Assembly: GCA_937928385.1 (NCBI GenBank)
Contig: CALEZD010000079.1
Span: forward strand, 296-64,295
Direction of reading: 5' to 3'
From: an uncultured Bacteroidota bacterium
GTDB lineage: Bacteria > Bacteroidota > Bacteroidia > Chitinophagales > Chitinophagaceae
Length of the DNA: 64,000 nucleotides
Each line of letters starts with the position of its first letter. Positions within the stretch are counted from its first letter, which is position 1. The notes under the pieces were generated by a model. It worked only from the letters and a program-made list of their open reading frames with translations, had not been told where the DNA came from and ran no database searches. The translations under genes and the position numbers were made by a program. Positions 19,381 through 29,495 of the stretch are shown one piece after another.

Positions 19381-21321
19381 ATGCAATATAAAATACGTAT
19401 CCTGCCGCGTTGGTTTATCTTCCTGCTGGACCTGGCCTGCATACAACTTTGCATTTTCTTTTCATTTATACTACGATTCAACTTTAACCTTGAAGAGGTA
19501 GCTCATTACAATATCTCTTTCATACTCATTGCATCCCTATTGTTGAATGGTATATTATTTTACCTGTTGAAAAGCTATGCAGGGATTATCCGCTACACAA
19601 ATATTGAAGATACCTTCAGGTTGCTGATAGTAAATTCTATAGCAGCCATATTTTATTTCTCTATCAACTTTGGCGTCAACTTCTTTGCCGGGGATGTAAA
19701 CCTGTTCCCTACATCGGTAGTAGTTATCAACTTTTTCATTACCAACTTTGTGCTGATTACCTACAGGCTGCTGGTGCGCTATACTTTCAACTATTATAAG
19801 GCCACGCAAAGTGAAACTGTAAAAGTACGTGCCGCTGTGTTTGATACAGGAGAGTACGGGTTGCAAACTAAAAAGGTAATCAACAACTTCCCCAGCAGTA
19901 ATATACAGGTAGTAGCTTTTATAGATGACTTACTGAGCAGAAGCGGAAAGCTGATGGAGAATATTCCTATTTACAATACGGATGACCACAGCTTTCAGCG
20001 CCTGAAAGAAGAGGGTGTAGAGCTATTGATAATCGCCAACAGGAATATATCTAAAGAGCAACTGGTACACCTGGTAGATACGGGCCTGAAATATGGTATG
20101 AAGGTACAGCAGGTGCCGCCCATACGCGAGTGGTTGAATGGCCAGCTGGGTGCACAGCAACTCAAGGATATAAAAATTGAAGACCTGCTGGAGCGCGAGG
20201 TAATAAAAATACATAACGATAAAATACACTTCGAGCTGAAGGGTAAGCGGATACTGGTAACCGGTGCAGCCGGCTCTATAGGCAGCGAGCTGGTAAGGCA
20301 ACTGGTTAATTACAGGCCATCGCTGATAATAATGTGCGATAAGGCCGAAACCCCTATGCACGACCTGCACCTGGAAATACTGGAAAATTACAAACATGCC
20401 AGCGTAAAAACCTACCTGGGCGATATAACAGACCGCATCAGGATGGAGCACTTGTTTGAGATATATAACCCTGAAGTAGTATTTCACGCTGCCGCATATA
20501 AGCACGTGCCGCTGATGGAAGACAATCCCTCGATAGCTGTGCTGAACAATGTGCTGGGTACAAAAAACCTGGCAGAACTGGCTGTAATCAACGGGGTGGA
20601 AAAATTTGTAATGGTATCAACCGACAAAGCAGTGAACCCCACCAACATTATGGGTGCTACCAAGCGGATTGCAGAAATATTTACCCAGAGCTACTACAAA
20701 GACCTGGTGAAAGTACAGACCGATAGTAGCGATAAGCATAAGATTACCAAGTTTGTGACTACACGCTTCGGCAATGTGCTGGGTTCTAACGGATCGGTAA
20801 TACCGAGGTTCAAAAAGCAACTGGACAAAGGCGGGCCTATTACCGTTACCCACCCTGAAATAACGCGATTCTTTATGACAATACCCGAAGCCTGTCAATT
20901 GGTAATTGAAGCAGGTGTAATGGGACAAGGCAGTGAGATATTTGTGTTTGATATGGGTAAAGCGGTGAAGATTGTAGACCTGGCACGCCGCATCATAAAG
21001 CTGGCCGGTAAAGAACCGGACGTGGATATAAAAATAGAATATACAGGCCTGCGCCCGGGCGAGAAACTGTACGAAGAGCTGCTGAACGATTCGGAAAACG
21101 TGATGCCTACTTACCATGACAAAATCATGATAGCCAAGGTGGCGGAATATGACTTTGAGCTGGTTCGGGAAAAGATAAGTACGCTGATAGCCAGTGCCAA
21201 GCAACACTATACACTGGAAACAGTGGGATTGATAAAGGACCTGGTACCCGAGTATGTCAGCAACAACTCTGCCTATCAGACTAATAGCCACGCTGACAAA
21301 AAACTCTCGCAGGGGGGATAA
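19381..21321 (+). CDS. Membrane-anchored NDP-sugar 4,6-dehydratase/epimerase (CapD/WbpM/PglF family)
   Basis: 646-aa ORF with four N-terminal TM helices. It has a Rossmann motif VTGAAGSIGSEL and the catalytic region AAAYKHVPLME ... VSTDKAVNPTNIMGATKR. Confidence 0.9.
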   Translation: MQYKIRILPRWFIFLLDLACIQLCIFFSFILRFNFNLEEVAHYNISFILIASLLLNGILFYLLKSYAGIIRYTNIEDTFRLLIVNSIAAIFYFSINFGVNFFAGDVNLFPTSVVVINFFITNFVLITYRLLVRYTFNYYKATQSETVKVRAAVFDTGEYGLQTKKVINNFPSSNIQVVAFIDDLLSRSGKLMENIPIYNTDDHSFQRLKEEGVELLIIANRNISKEQLVHLVDTGLKYGMKVQQVPPIREWLNGQLGAQQLKDIKIEDLLEREVIKIHNDKIHFELKGKRILVTGAAGSIGSELVRQLVNYRPSLIIMCDKAETPMHDLHLEILENYKHASVKTYLGDITDRIRMEHLFEIYNPEVVFHAAAYKHVPLMEDNPSIAVLNNVLGTKNLAELAVINGVEKFVMVSTDKAVNPTNIMGATKRIAEIFTQSYYKDLVKVQTDSSDKHKITKFVTTRFGNVLGSNGSVIPRFKKQLDKGGPITVTHPEITRFFMTIPEACQLVIEAGVMGQGSEIFVFDMGKAVKIVDLARRIIKLAGKEPDVDIKIEYTGLRPGEKLYEELLNDSENVMPTYHDKIMIAKVAEYDFELVREKISTLIASAKQHYTLETVGLIKDLVPEYVSNNSAYQTNSHADKKLSQGG

Positions 21322-21342
21322 ACAAACTAAAAACTTATACTG

Positions 21343-21373
21343 ATAGCCGCACTTAACGTGTGGCTATTTTTTT
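21343..21373 (+). terminator. Rho-independent terminator of the capD-like gene
   Basis: ATAGCCGCAC (21343-21352) and GTGTGGCTAT (21358-21367) form a 10-bp stem with one G-U pair, followed by a T-run of about 7. It overlaps the 3' end of the converging sugar-transferase CDS. Confidence 0.7.
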
Positions 21374-21943
21374 GATGGTAAGCGCGATGATGCGCAGATA
21401 ATTGAATAAGGTGGGGGATGAAATATAAGCCTGGTTGAGCCTTATCTTTTCAGGCATCACCTGCTCTATATAATACCTCTCCGGCTCGGGCTGCGCTGCC
21501 AGCAGGTTGTTCTCGTCTATAAATGTTATGGAAGCTATATCAGTAATGCCGGGTTTTACATTTAATATTTTTCGCTGTTCGGCGGTGTACAGGTCTGTGT
21601 AGCGTTTCACCTCAGGGCGCGGCCCTACAATGCTCATATCACCAATCAGCACATTGAATAGCTGGGGTAACTCATCTAACTTATACTTGCGGAGGAAGGA
21701 ACCGAAAGGGGTAATACGCGGATCGTCACCGCCATAGGTCAGCAGGTCTACCTTGTCGGAATCGGCACGCATAGTACGGAACTTGTACAGGTAAAATTCC
21801 TTGCCGTATTTGCCCACCCGCTTTTGCTTGTAAAATACATTGCCGCATGTATCCGTTTTGATGCGGATAGCAATATATAAGATGAGCGGACTTAGTATTA
21901 TCAATCCTGATAAGGAAAACAGGACGTCAATCAATCTTTTCAT
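21353..21943 (-). CDS. Undecaprenyl-phosphate sugar-phosphate transferase (PglC/WcfS-like small bacterial sugar transferase)
   Basis: 196-aa ORF with a single N-terminal re-entrant helix. It carries the signature YKFRTM ... [21 protein letters not shown]. Confidence 0.9.
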   Translation of the reverse strand: MKRLIDVLFSLSGLIILSPLILYIAIRIKTDTCGNVFYKQKRVGKYGKEFYLYKFRTMRADSDKVDLLTYGGDDPRITPFGSFLRKYKLDELPQLFNVLIGDMSIVGPRPEVKRYTDLYTAEQRKILNVKPGITDIASITFIDENNLLAAQPEPERYYIEQVMPEKIRLNQAYISSPTLFNYLRIIALTIKKIATR

Positions 21944-23157
21944 GAAACCACCTCAATGTACGCTTTTTCTACCTGTTCCTCAACATAGGCGCAATCCTCA
22001 TCGGTAAGCTGTACATAGATAGGCAGTGAAATTTCGCAGGCATAATTCCTGTAGGTGTCGGGATAATCTTCCAATTTATACCCACGCTCTTTATACACTG
22101 TAAGCATAGGCAACGGCAGGAAATGCACGTTGACACTCACACCCGATGCCATTATTTTTTCTATAATGTTGTCGCGTTGGTCTTCAGAGATACCTTTTAT
22201 ACGCAATTGGTACAGGTAGTGCGATGAAGCTTTATGGTTGTTGTAGCCGGGAGGAATGATAGCCCAGTCTTTATCCTTAAAGAAATTAGTATAGTGGTCA
22301 TATACCCGCCTTCTTTCCGGCAGCATAAAATCAGGGTACTTGCGCAGTTGTGCCAGGCCTATCGCTGCACATACATCTGTCAGGTTGGCCTTGATACCAT
22401 CTGTAACTATATCATACCGCCAGTTTCCAGTCTTCTTTTTGGCGAAGGCGTCTTTATCCTGACCGTTCATAGAATTCAGCTTCAGCCATTTGTACACTTC
22501 TTCGTTGCTGAAAGGCGCAGGCAGGTTCAGGCAGATGATACCGCCTTCGGCAGTAGTCACATTTTTCACGCTGTGCATGGATATAATAGATATATCAACA
22601 AATTGCACCGCAGGCTTACCATTATACACAGCACCTATAGAGTGGGCTGCATCAGCAATCACTACCGGTCGGCCGAATTGCTTTTGTATATCATTTGAAG
22701 GCTGAAAATGTTTAATCACATCGTCAGCCGACATGAGCGGATTGATAGTATCATAATCACATGGCCATCCGCCTATATCCACACAAAGTATAGCTTTGGT
22801 GCGTGGGGTAATAGCCTGTTTTATTTTTTCGGGGTCGATGTTGAAATCATCCTGCACATCCACCATCACGGGCGTGGCACCGGTATGCAATACACTCAAC
22901 CCCGTAGCTGCAAAAGTATATGCGGGAATAATCACTTCATCTCCGGGCCCAATGCCCAGCCATTTGAAAACCAAAGCTGCACCGGATGACCATGAGTTGG
23001 TACACACAGTTCTCTCCAGCCCGAACATGCGGGCAGTAAGTTCTTCCAGTTCACGCACTTTTGGGCCGGAGGTAATCCAACCAGACCTTAGTGTTTCCGT
23101 AACAGCCGCTATCACATCATCGTCAATATATGGCGGCGCAAAATCTATTTTCCGCAT
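21940..23157 (-). CDS. DegT/DnrJ/EryC1/StrS-family PLP aminotransferase
   Basis: 405-aa ORF with N-terminal SGWITSGPKVRELE and catalytic-Lys region SMHSVKNVTTAEGG. There is a 4-nt overlap with the sugar-transferase gene. Confidence 0.9.
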   Translation of the reverse strand: MRKIDFAPPYIDDDVIAAVTETLRSGWITSGPKVRELEELTARMFGLERTVCTNSWSSGAALVFKWLGIGPGDEVIIPAYTFAATGLSVLHTGATPVMVDVQDDFNIDPEKIKQAITPRTKAILCVDIGGWPCDYDTINPLMSADDVIKHFQPSNDIQKQFGRPVVIADAAHSIGAVYNGKPAVQFVDISIISMHSVKNVTTAEGGIICLNLPAPFSNEEVYKWLKLNSMNGQDKDAFAKKKTGNWRYDIVTDGIKANLTDVCAAIGLAQLRKYPDFMLPERRRVYDHYTNFFKDKDWAIIPPGYNNHKASSHYLYQLRIKGISEDQRDNIIEKIMASGVSVNVHFLPLPMLTVYKERGYKLEDYPDTYRNYACEISLPIYVQLTDEDCAYVEEQVEKAYIEVVS

Positions 23158-23158
23158 C

Positions 23159-24175
23159 TTAATTCTTTAGGGCGTATATACGTTCTATTATGTCCACCAC
23201 CTTTGTCCCTTCCAGGACATTGGTCGTTATCTCCGACCTGCCTTTAAGTACGTCCACCACATTCTGTATAACAAAATGGTGGTTGGCCTTAGCAGCTGTA
23301 TAACCTGCAACCTGTTCAACAGGCGAAGATATACTTTCCTTTAATTCATAGTCTTTTATATGGCAATATTCTAATTTGTCCATATACTGCCCGCCTATTT
23401 TCACTGTTCCTTTCTCGGCTACTATTACCATAGTACTTTCCATGTTCCTGTCCCATACGGACGTAGAATAGCTGAGCGAGCCCATGCCCCCATTGACGAA
23501 GCTGAAACTGATAGCTGCGCTATCCTCAAAATCTATCATGCCCTTATGGTTGTTGTTGGCAAAACGGGCGGTTATCCCATGTACATCGCCAAATAGCCAG
23601 TACAGCAAATCGATATAATGGCTGAACTGAGTAAACAAGGTTCCCCCGTCCAGGGCGGCTGTGCCATGCCAGGTATTGCCTGTATAGTATCGTTCATCCC
23701 TGTTCCAATAGCAATGGACGTCTATCATGTATATATCGCCCAGTTTGCCTTCCTCCATCAGTCCTTTCAGCCATTGCATGGCAGGCGAGTAACGGTTTTG
23801 CATGACACAAAATACCTGTTTACCGGTGGTACGGGCACATTGCAGTATGGCATCACAATCTGTGGTTGTCAGTGCAATCGGTTTTTCAATGACCACATCG
23901 GCACCGGCGTTCATACATGCTATGGCTTGTGCGGCATGCAGGGCATTGGGGGTAGCAATACATATTATATCGGCTGAAATGCCTGATTGCAGGAAACTAT
24001 CCAACGAGGCGAAAAAAGGTACGGAGTAAGTACCGGCTGCTTTTACTTCCAGGATGGGGTTTTCATCAATTATGGCTATCAGCTCAGCTTCAGGATGAGC
24101 AGCCACCATGTCAGCATGGCGGGTGCCTATATGCCCCAGCCCCAGTATTGCAAAACGTATCTGCTTATCTCCCAT
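23159..24175 (-). CDS. Gfo/Idh/MocA-family oxidoreductase (WbpB/WlbA-like)
   Basis: 338-aa ORF with N-terminal Rossmann FAILGLGHIGTRHA, then EKP and FCVMQNRYSP. The layout resembles UDP-GlcNAcA 3-dehydrogenases. Confidence 0.8.
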   Translation of the reverse strand: MGDKQIRFAILGLGHIGTRHADMVAAHPEAELIAIIDENPILEVKAAGTYSVPFFASLDSFLQSGISADIICIATPNALHAAQAIACMNAGADVVIEKPIALTTTDCDAILQCARTTGKQVFCVMQNRYSPAMQWLKGLMEEGKLGDIYMIDVHCYWNRDERYYTGNTWHGTAALDGGTLFTQFSHYIDLLYWLFGDVHGITARFANNNHKGMIDFEDSAAISFSFVNGGMGSLSYSTSVWDRNMESTMVIVAEKGTVKIGGQYMDKLEYCHIKDYELKESISSPVEQVAGYTAAKANHHFVIQNVVDVLKGRSEITTNVLEGTKVVDIIERIYALKN

Positions 24176-24187
24176 CTATCTACACGA

Positions 24188-24910
24188 TTATTTCCTCGCC
24201 ACAGTAAAAGCGATGTATTTGCTACCCGGAGGCAGTAAAGGCTGCAAACACCTGTTAATCATATACATCGTATTATTGACTGCTTTGTTTGAAAAAAAGG
24301 TTGGTAAAATACCAAATGTTTTGGTTTGCACAAGGCTGAAGGGGCCGAATAATTTATCTAACTCTGATAAGGAGAGGTAATACCATCCTTTACTTCCTTT
24401 CAGCCTATGGCGCATATAACGGTTGAGGATGCCACCCTGCAGGTTTTCGGCAGAAAAAAAATATCCACCGGGCTTTAATAGCCGGTGGATATGCTGCATA
24501 GCTTGTTCAAGTGCCTCGAAATTGCGGGATGAAGATCTGCCCCGGGTGGGTTTTACCCCGCCGATTACAGATTTGCCGATGATAACATCAAACTGTTCCT
24601 GCGGCCATTCATCATTTACTATGTCGAGTCGTTTGTATTCAATTCTGTCGGTTACTCCATGTTTTTTGTGCAGGGCTGAGGCGGATGCGGCAATGTCTGT
24701 AATATCTGTACAGGTGACGTGGAAACCCATCAATGCCAGCCAGAGGGACAACCCCCCGTTTCGTTCGCCTATTGCCAGGACTTTACCGTCATGGGGCAGT
24801 TGTTCCAATACAGGCTGCCAGTAATGCATCAACCGCGACCAGTTGCGTACATCCCATTCAATTATATCCTGTACGGGAAAATCATTTGTTGCCTTGCCTG
24901 CCAATATCAA
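24188..24910 (-). CDS. Class I SAM-dependent methyltransferase
   Basis: 240-aa ORF with motif I VLAIGERNGGLSLWLALMG and post-I TCTDI. The start is uncertain (29-nt overlap with wecB). Confidence 0.75.
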   Translation of the reverse strand: MILAGKATNDFPVQDIIEWDVRNWSRLMHYWQPVLEQLPHDGKVLAIGERNGGLSLWLALMGFHVTCTDITDIAASASALHKKHGVTDRIEYKRLDIVNDEWPQEQFDVIIGKSVIGGVKPTRGRSSSRNFEALEQAMQHIHRLLKPGGYFFSAENLQGGILNRYMRHRLKGSKGWYYLSLSELDKLFGPFSLVQTKTFGILPTFFSNKAVNNTMYMINRCLQPLLPPGSKYIAFTVARK

Positions 24911-25985
24911 GTAGTGTTTTTACAATACGCTGTGCCGTTTTGCCATCCCATAGGTCGGGGATAGCGCCCTGCTTCCAGTTACCTGTAAAAATACTATTCA
25001 AAGCGGATTCCAGTTTATTTAAATCATCCCCTACCAATTCATTAGTTCCGATAGTTACCGTTTCGGGACGTTCGGTGTTGCTGCGCAGGGTAATGCAGGG
25101 CACACCCATCACGGTGGTTTCCTCCTGTATGCCACCCGAATCGGTAACTACAGCCTTGCAATGGCTGACTAGGTATATAAAGGAGAGGTAGCTCAGGGGT
25201 TCTGTTACCAATAATTTTGGGTGAGTGAAGCCCGAAGCCTCCAACGACTTCATGGTGCGGGGGTGTATAGGAAATATAATATGGTAACCCGGATTGTTTT
25301 TTACCAGTGTTTCCAATATGGCTTTCAGCTTTGCAGGGTCGTCGGCATTGTGCGGGCGGTGCAATGTCAATACCAGGCATTTTGATAAATCAAGCCCGTA
25401 TTGACTAACTAACTGAGGCTCTATAAGGCGGTGCCTGTTCATATACAGGCTGTCTATCATAATATTGCCTACATAATAAACATGTGCAGCGTTGACACCT
25501 GTACGCATCAGGTTTTCATTAGCAGTTTCAGTAGGTGTGAAAAAGTAATCAGAGATAGAGTCTGTAACTATACGGTTAATCTCTTCGGGCATGGTCATAT
25601 CAAATGAGCGGATACCCGCCTCTACGTGCGCTACCTTTATATTCAACTTTTTGGCTACAATGCTGCATGCCAGCGTTGAATTGACATCACCTACTACTAT
25701 CACTATATCACAAGGGTTCTCCAGCAGTTCCTGCTCAAAGCCAATCATAATATTGGCCGTTTGCACAGCCTGTGTTCCGGAGCCTGCATTAAGATTGACA
25801 TCCGGCAAAGGTATCTCCAGTTCATCGAAGAATATACGGCTGAGATTATCATCGTAATGCTGGCCCGTATGCACCAGGCGATAACCAATCTCCCCGCCTT
25901 CATCACGCACACGTACTATCTCCCTGATCAATGGAGCTATTTTCAGAAAATTTGGTCGTGCACCTGCTACTATCGTTACCTTCAT
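24882..25985 (-). CDS. wecB: UDP-N-acetylglucosamine 2-epimerase (non-hydrolysing, WecB/WbpI type)
   Basis: 367-aa ORF with RPNFLKIAPL, HTGQHYD, GSGTQAVQT and HVEAGIRSFDMTMPEEINR signatures. Confidence 0.9.
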   Translation of the reverse strand: MKVTIVAGARPNFLKIAPLIREIVRVRDEGGEIGYRLVHTGQHYDDNLSRIFFDELEIPLPDVNLNAGSGTQAVQTANIMIGFEQELLENPCDIVIVVGDVNSTLACSIVAKKLNIKVAHVEAGIRSFDMTMPEEINRIVTDSISDYFFTPTETANENLMRTGVNAAHVYYVGNIMIDSLYMNRHRLIEPQLVSQYGLDLSKCLVLTLHRPHNADDPAKLKAILETLVKNNPGYHIIFPIHPRTMKSLEASGFTHPKLLVTEPLSYLSFIYLVSHCKAVVTDSGGIQEETTVMGVPCITLRSNTERPETVTIGTNELVGDDLNKLESALNSIFTGNWKQGAIPDLWDGKTAQRIVKTLLDIGRQGNK

Positions 25986-27187
25986 TATTCTCCTTTGAGC
26001 AAAAACTGGTTGAGGTGTTCTACCTGTATTTCCCGGTTGAACACATTCCTTGCTGCCTTAATGCAATTTGCTTTTATCTTGTTCAATTGTTCCATATTCA
26101 TAGCTGCAACCTCTTTTATCTTCGTTGATATTTCAGTATAATCACCGGGGGTACACGTCCAACCGGTATAGTATTCGTGGATGATGCGCTCTCCTTCGCC
26201 CCCACCTGAAAATATTATGGGTAGGCCTGCAGCCATAGCCTCGTATATCTTGGAAGGGATAGCTCCATAAATCGGTGTTACCAACGGTATTAAAGTTACG
26301 TCATACTGCATCAATGTTGCCGGTATGGCTTCGCGCGATACGCTTTTGTGCAGGAAGATTCCCCGCTGCGGGTTTTTATTTATAAATTCCCGGATGTCAT
26401 TTTTCTGTGAGCCTTCGCCGTATATATGCAACTCGGCACCAAGCGCTGCAAAATCAACATGTGTGCAAATATCTTTTACCCCCTGTGCAATGCCTAACAG
26501 GCCTGCATATACTATGCGCAACTTAGTTGATGGCGCCGTTACTACCGTGTCTCTTATTTGTTCAAAGCGATTGAAGTCAACACCATTTCGAAAGAGTATG
26601 GTTCGTTTGCTCCCGGTTATCTCCAGCCTGTCAGTTATTTCCGACGACTGGCCCATGCAGGCAAATGAACGACGATAGAGGTAGCGTTCCAGTTTCTCCA
26701 GCCGTTTATACATATAGCCTTCTGATATAGCACCCAGGCGTAATGCAGATAAGGGCCAGATGTCGGACACATTCATGATGTGTTTTGCCCCTGCAATACG
26801 AGCCAATGCAAGCCCTGTGAGTCCGAGTGTAAGCGGTGGTGACTCCGTAATAATATACGCGGGTTTAAAGGCCCTGACACGAGCTAAAGAAAACATAGCT
26901 GTAAAGCCGAAGGATAACATACTAACGATGCGGGGGAAAGATTTTTTGGAATGAGATGCATACAATGCATACCGCCTGATATCAATTCCATCTTTTTCAT
27001 CCTTCATTACAAACAACCCACGATAGCCATCGAATACGCGGCCGGTAGGGTAGTTGGGCATAGCCGTGATAATGAGTATTTCCCAGCCACGTTTTTGCAG
27101 CCCAATCACCGTTTCATAAAGACGGGATTGCGGCGCACCCATTTCGGGCGGAAAATATTTAGTGAGCAGTACTAGTTTTTTGTTCAA
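25985..27187 (-). CDS. Glycosyltransferase family 4 (WbuB-like)
   Basis: 400-aa ORF with N-terminal LTKYFPPEMGAPQSRLYE ... PNYPTG, typical of WbuB-like GT4 enzymes, and a C-terminal GT-B domain. Confidence 0.85.
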   Translation of the reverse strand: MNKKLVLLTKYFPPEMGAPQSRLYETVIGLQKRGWEILIITAMPNYPTGRVFDGYRGLFVMKDEKDGIDIRRYALYASHSKKSFPRIVSMLSFGFTAMFSLARVRAFKPAYIITESPPLTLGLTGLALARIAGAKHIMNVSDIWPLSALRLGAISEGYMYKRLEKLERYLYRRSFACMGQSSEITDRLEITGSKRTILFRNGVDFNRFEQIRDTVVTAPSTKLRIVYAGLLGIAQGVKDICTHVDFAALGAELHIYGEGSQKNDIREFINKNPQRGIFLHKSVSREAIPATLMQYDVTLIPLVTPIYGAIPSKIYEAMAAGLPIIFSGGGEGERIIHEYYTGWTCTPGDYTEISTKIKEVAAMNMEQLNKIKANCIKAARNVFNREIQVEHLNQFLLKGE

Positions 27188-28491
27188 ATCAGTTCCGAAT
27201 AAAAATGTTTCAGCTTTCCTGATGCAGGGCGTTCTATATATTGTACCCTGTTCAGTATGATGTCCAGTCCGGGCTCAAGATATAAGCTAATTTTCTGTTT
27301 TACCAATTCCCTCTCTTCAGTTGTCAAATCGCGGTCGGCAACAATATCAAATATGAATTGGTGGCTTTTAGTTTGCCTGATGATAAATTCTTTTAATACA
27401 CCACTGGATTCCAAAACACTGCGGGATATATAATAAAAAGTAAGGCCTGCCGCTTTTTTACCCGAGGGCAGTATTATCATATCGTTGGTGCGGCCATGCA
27501 ACTGTTGCAGGTTTCGGTGTATGCCAATCCTTGTATTATCTATAACGCCTACATCGCCGGTTTCGTACCGTATCATAGGCAGAGCGGTATTGTATAATGA
27601 CGTGGACAGTATTTTCCCCACGTGTGTTTCTGTCAGCAGGGTTTCTTCGGTCAGTTTCCAGTTACCATCGGGTGCATCAAATGCGGTAATGCAGGTTTCT
27701 GATAAGCCATACTCGCGTATATGCGGCACTCCGAACCCCTTTGTCAGTATCTCGTGGTCTTCAGGCGCTGCTGTTTCTGAAGTGCTGATACAGATATTGA
27801 CAGAGGGGCAAATTTCCTTTATAGTTATACCCTTGCTGATAAGATAACGGGCAAACATGACTAACGCGCTTGTGTAACCATATATGTAATCAAACCTGTT
27901 ATTACGGAAGCGGTAAATGAATTGCTCCATAGCTTTATCCGACAGATCAAATACACTGAATCGCTCCCTGTTCATCAGCCTGTCTTTCAGCAGCTCTGCT
28001 TTGTGGGCCAAAAATTCTTTTGGTATACCGTAGAAACGTGCTTGCCTGGAAGCTAATGTCAACCCATACCACCTATACCTGTCGTCTATCACTGCCCACG
28101 TCATGGCATGGGCCATCTTATCCTTAGCATAAAAGAATGGCGTGCCGGTGGAACCGGATGTATTACTGGTATGGCAGTCTCTAAGGGTTACACCATTTGT
28201 GATGATGCTGTTTAAAGGTTGCTGTAAATCTTTCTTAGTGACAATGGGTAAGTCTTCCCACCTGTCGGGCAGTATATTGCTTGTAAGTTTTCTGTACAAG
28301 GGATTGTGCCGATAATGAAAATGCACTTGTTGCCATGCTTTTTCCTGCTGCCAATTAATGAACTCGTCCGCGCTCATAGATTGCAGCCTGGCCAACTCAG
28401 CTTTAGCCTGTGCAAAGGGATAACCTTTAAGTTGTAATATTTTCTCAAACAGGCTCAGGATGCTGCAATTGAATTGAACAGTTTTTGCCAC
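27184..28491 (-). CDS. CapK-like adenylate-forming enzyme (phenylacetate-CoA ligase / F390 synthetase family)
   Basis: 435-aa ORF with AMP-binding P-loop-like TSNTSGSTGTPFFY, plus YETGD and a C-terminal GKLKHF. Confidence 0.8.
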   Translation of the reverse strand: MAKTVQFNCSILSLFEKILQLKGYPFAQAKAELARLQSMSADEFINWQQEKAWQQVHFHYRHNPLYRKLTSNILPDRWEDLPIVTKKDLQQPLNSIITNGVTLRDCHTSNTSGSTGTPFFYAKDKMAHAMTWAVIDDRYRWYGLTLASRQARFYGIPKEFLAHKAELLKDRLMNRERFSVFDLSDKAMEQFIYRFRNNRFDYIYGYTSALVMFARYLISKGITIKEICPSVNICISTSETAAPEDHEILTKGFGVPHIREYGLSETCITAFDAPDGNWKLTEETLLTETHVGKILSTSLYNTALPMIRYETGDVGVIDNTRIGIHRNLQQLHGRTNDMIILPSGKKAAGLTFYYISRSVLESSGVLKEFIIRQTKSHQFIFDIVADRDLTTEERELVKQKISLYLEPGLDIILNRVQYIERPASGKLKHFYSELI

Positions 28492-29495
28492 TTACCTTTT
28501 ATAATGCACCAGTCAAATTGTTCCGCATATTTACGTGCATTTAGGCTGACAGATGCCGAGAGCTCCTCATTATGTATCAGTTGTTGAATAGCATCAGACA
28601 TTTCACTCACTTCTCCGGGATTTACCAGTAACCCATTTTGCTTATCCTTTATGATATACGGGATGCCACCCACATTAGTAGATACTACAGACAGGCCTAG
28701 CGCCATCGCTTCCAACACACTTACCGGCAGGTTATCGTAGTTAGTGGTATTGATGAAAATATCTTTTTCCCGTGCCAGCGTAGTCCATTCCTCTTTACTC
28801 AGCTTACCTGTAAATGTTATTTGTTGCTCTACACCTAATTCTGTACTAAGTAGGTTACATTTTTTCATGCTGCCGTCCACATCAGGGCCTACCATAGTTA
28901 AGTGAACACCGGGGTAATGTTGCTTCAATTCATGAACAACATGGATAGCCATCTGCGGGTTATAAGTTTCATGAAAAGAACGTACCCATAATAGTTGTGG
29001 TTGCAAATCTGTACGCTGCTTGAACGTATACGCATTCAAAGAGATACTATTTTCGATAACAGTTCCCTTATATCCGGCCTGCTCCAGGTAATGCAACAGA
29101 TAAGGAGAAACTGCTATGTTGGTGACACTGTTGCCAAAAACAGTTTTGCATTTGTCGGGAGAACGCTGAAACCGTGCCGGCAGGTTGCCGCCATGCAGGA
29201 TAGGTATATATTTTATGCCCAGCCACGCACACAGTTTTGCAGACATCCATGCATAATAAAATGCTGTAGTGCTATAAGCGTCTATTACAACCAGGTCAAC
29301 TAGTTTCCTGTATTTCCATATACGATATAACATATCCCGCAAACGAGCGGACTGCTTCAGCTTGTTGCTGGCATAGTAGAGTGTATGGCCCTCCTGTTCC
29401 AGCAATGGGCCGAGCGTATCGATAGATGTGGGCGTTCTGCCATGCACAGCCAGTTTGTTTCCTATATACAATATGCGCAGTTTATTGTCCGGCAC
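28455..29495 (-). CDS. Glycosyltransferase family 4
   Basis: 346-aa ORF with motif NYDNLPVSVLEAMALGLSVVSTNVGGIPYII. Confidence 0.85.
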   Translation of the reverse strand: MPDNKLRILYIGNKLAVHGRTPTSIDTLGPLLEQEGHTLYYASNKLKQSARLRDMLYRIWKYRKLVDLVVIDAYSTTAFYYAWMSAKLCAWLGIKYIPILHGGNLPARFQRSPDKCKTVFGNSVTNIAVSPYLLHYLEQAGYKGTVIENSISLNAYTFKQRTDLQPQLLWVRSFHETYNPQMAIHVVHELKQHYPGVHLTMVGPDVDGSMKKCNLLSTELGVEQQITFTGKLSKEEWTTLAREKDIFINTTNYDNLPVSVLEAMALGLSVVSTNVGGIPYIIKDKQNGLLVNPGEVSEMSDAIQQLIHNEELSASVSLNARKYAEQFDWCIIKGKWQKLFNSIAAS

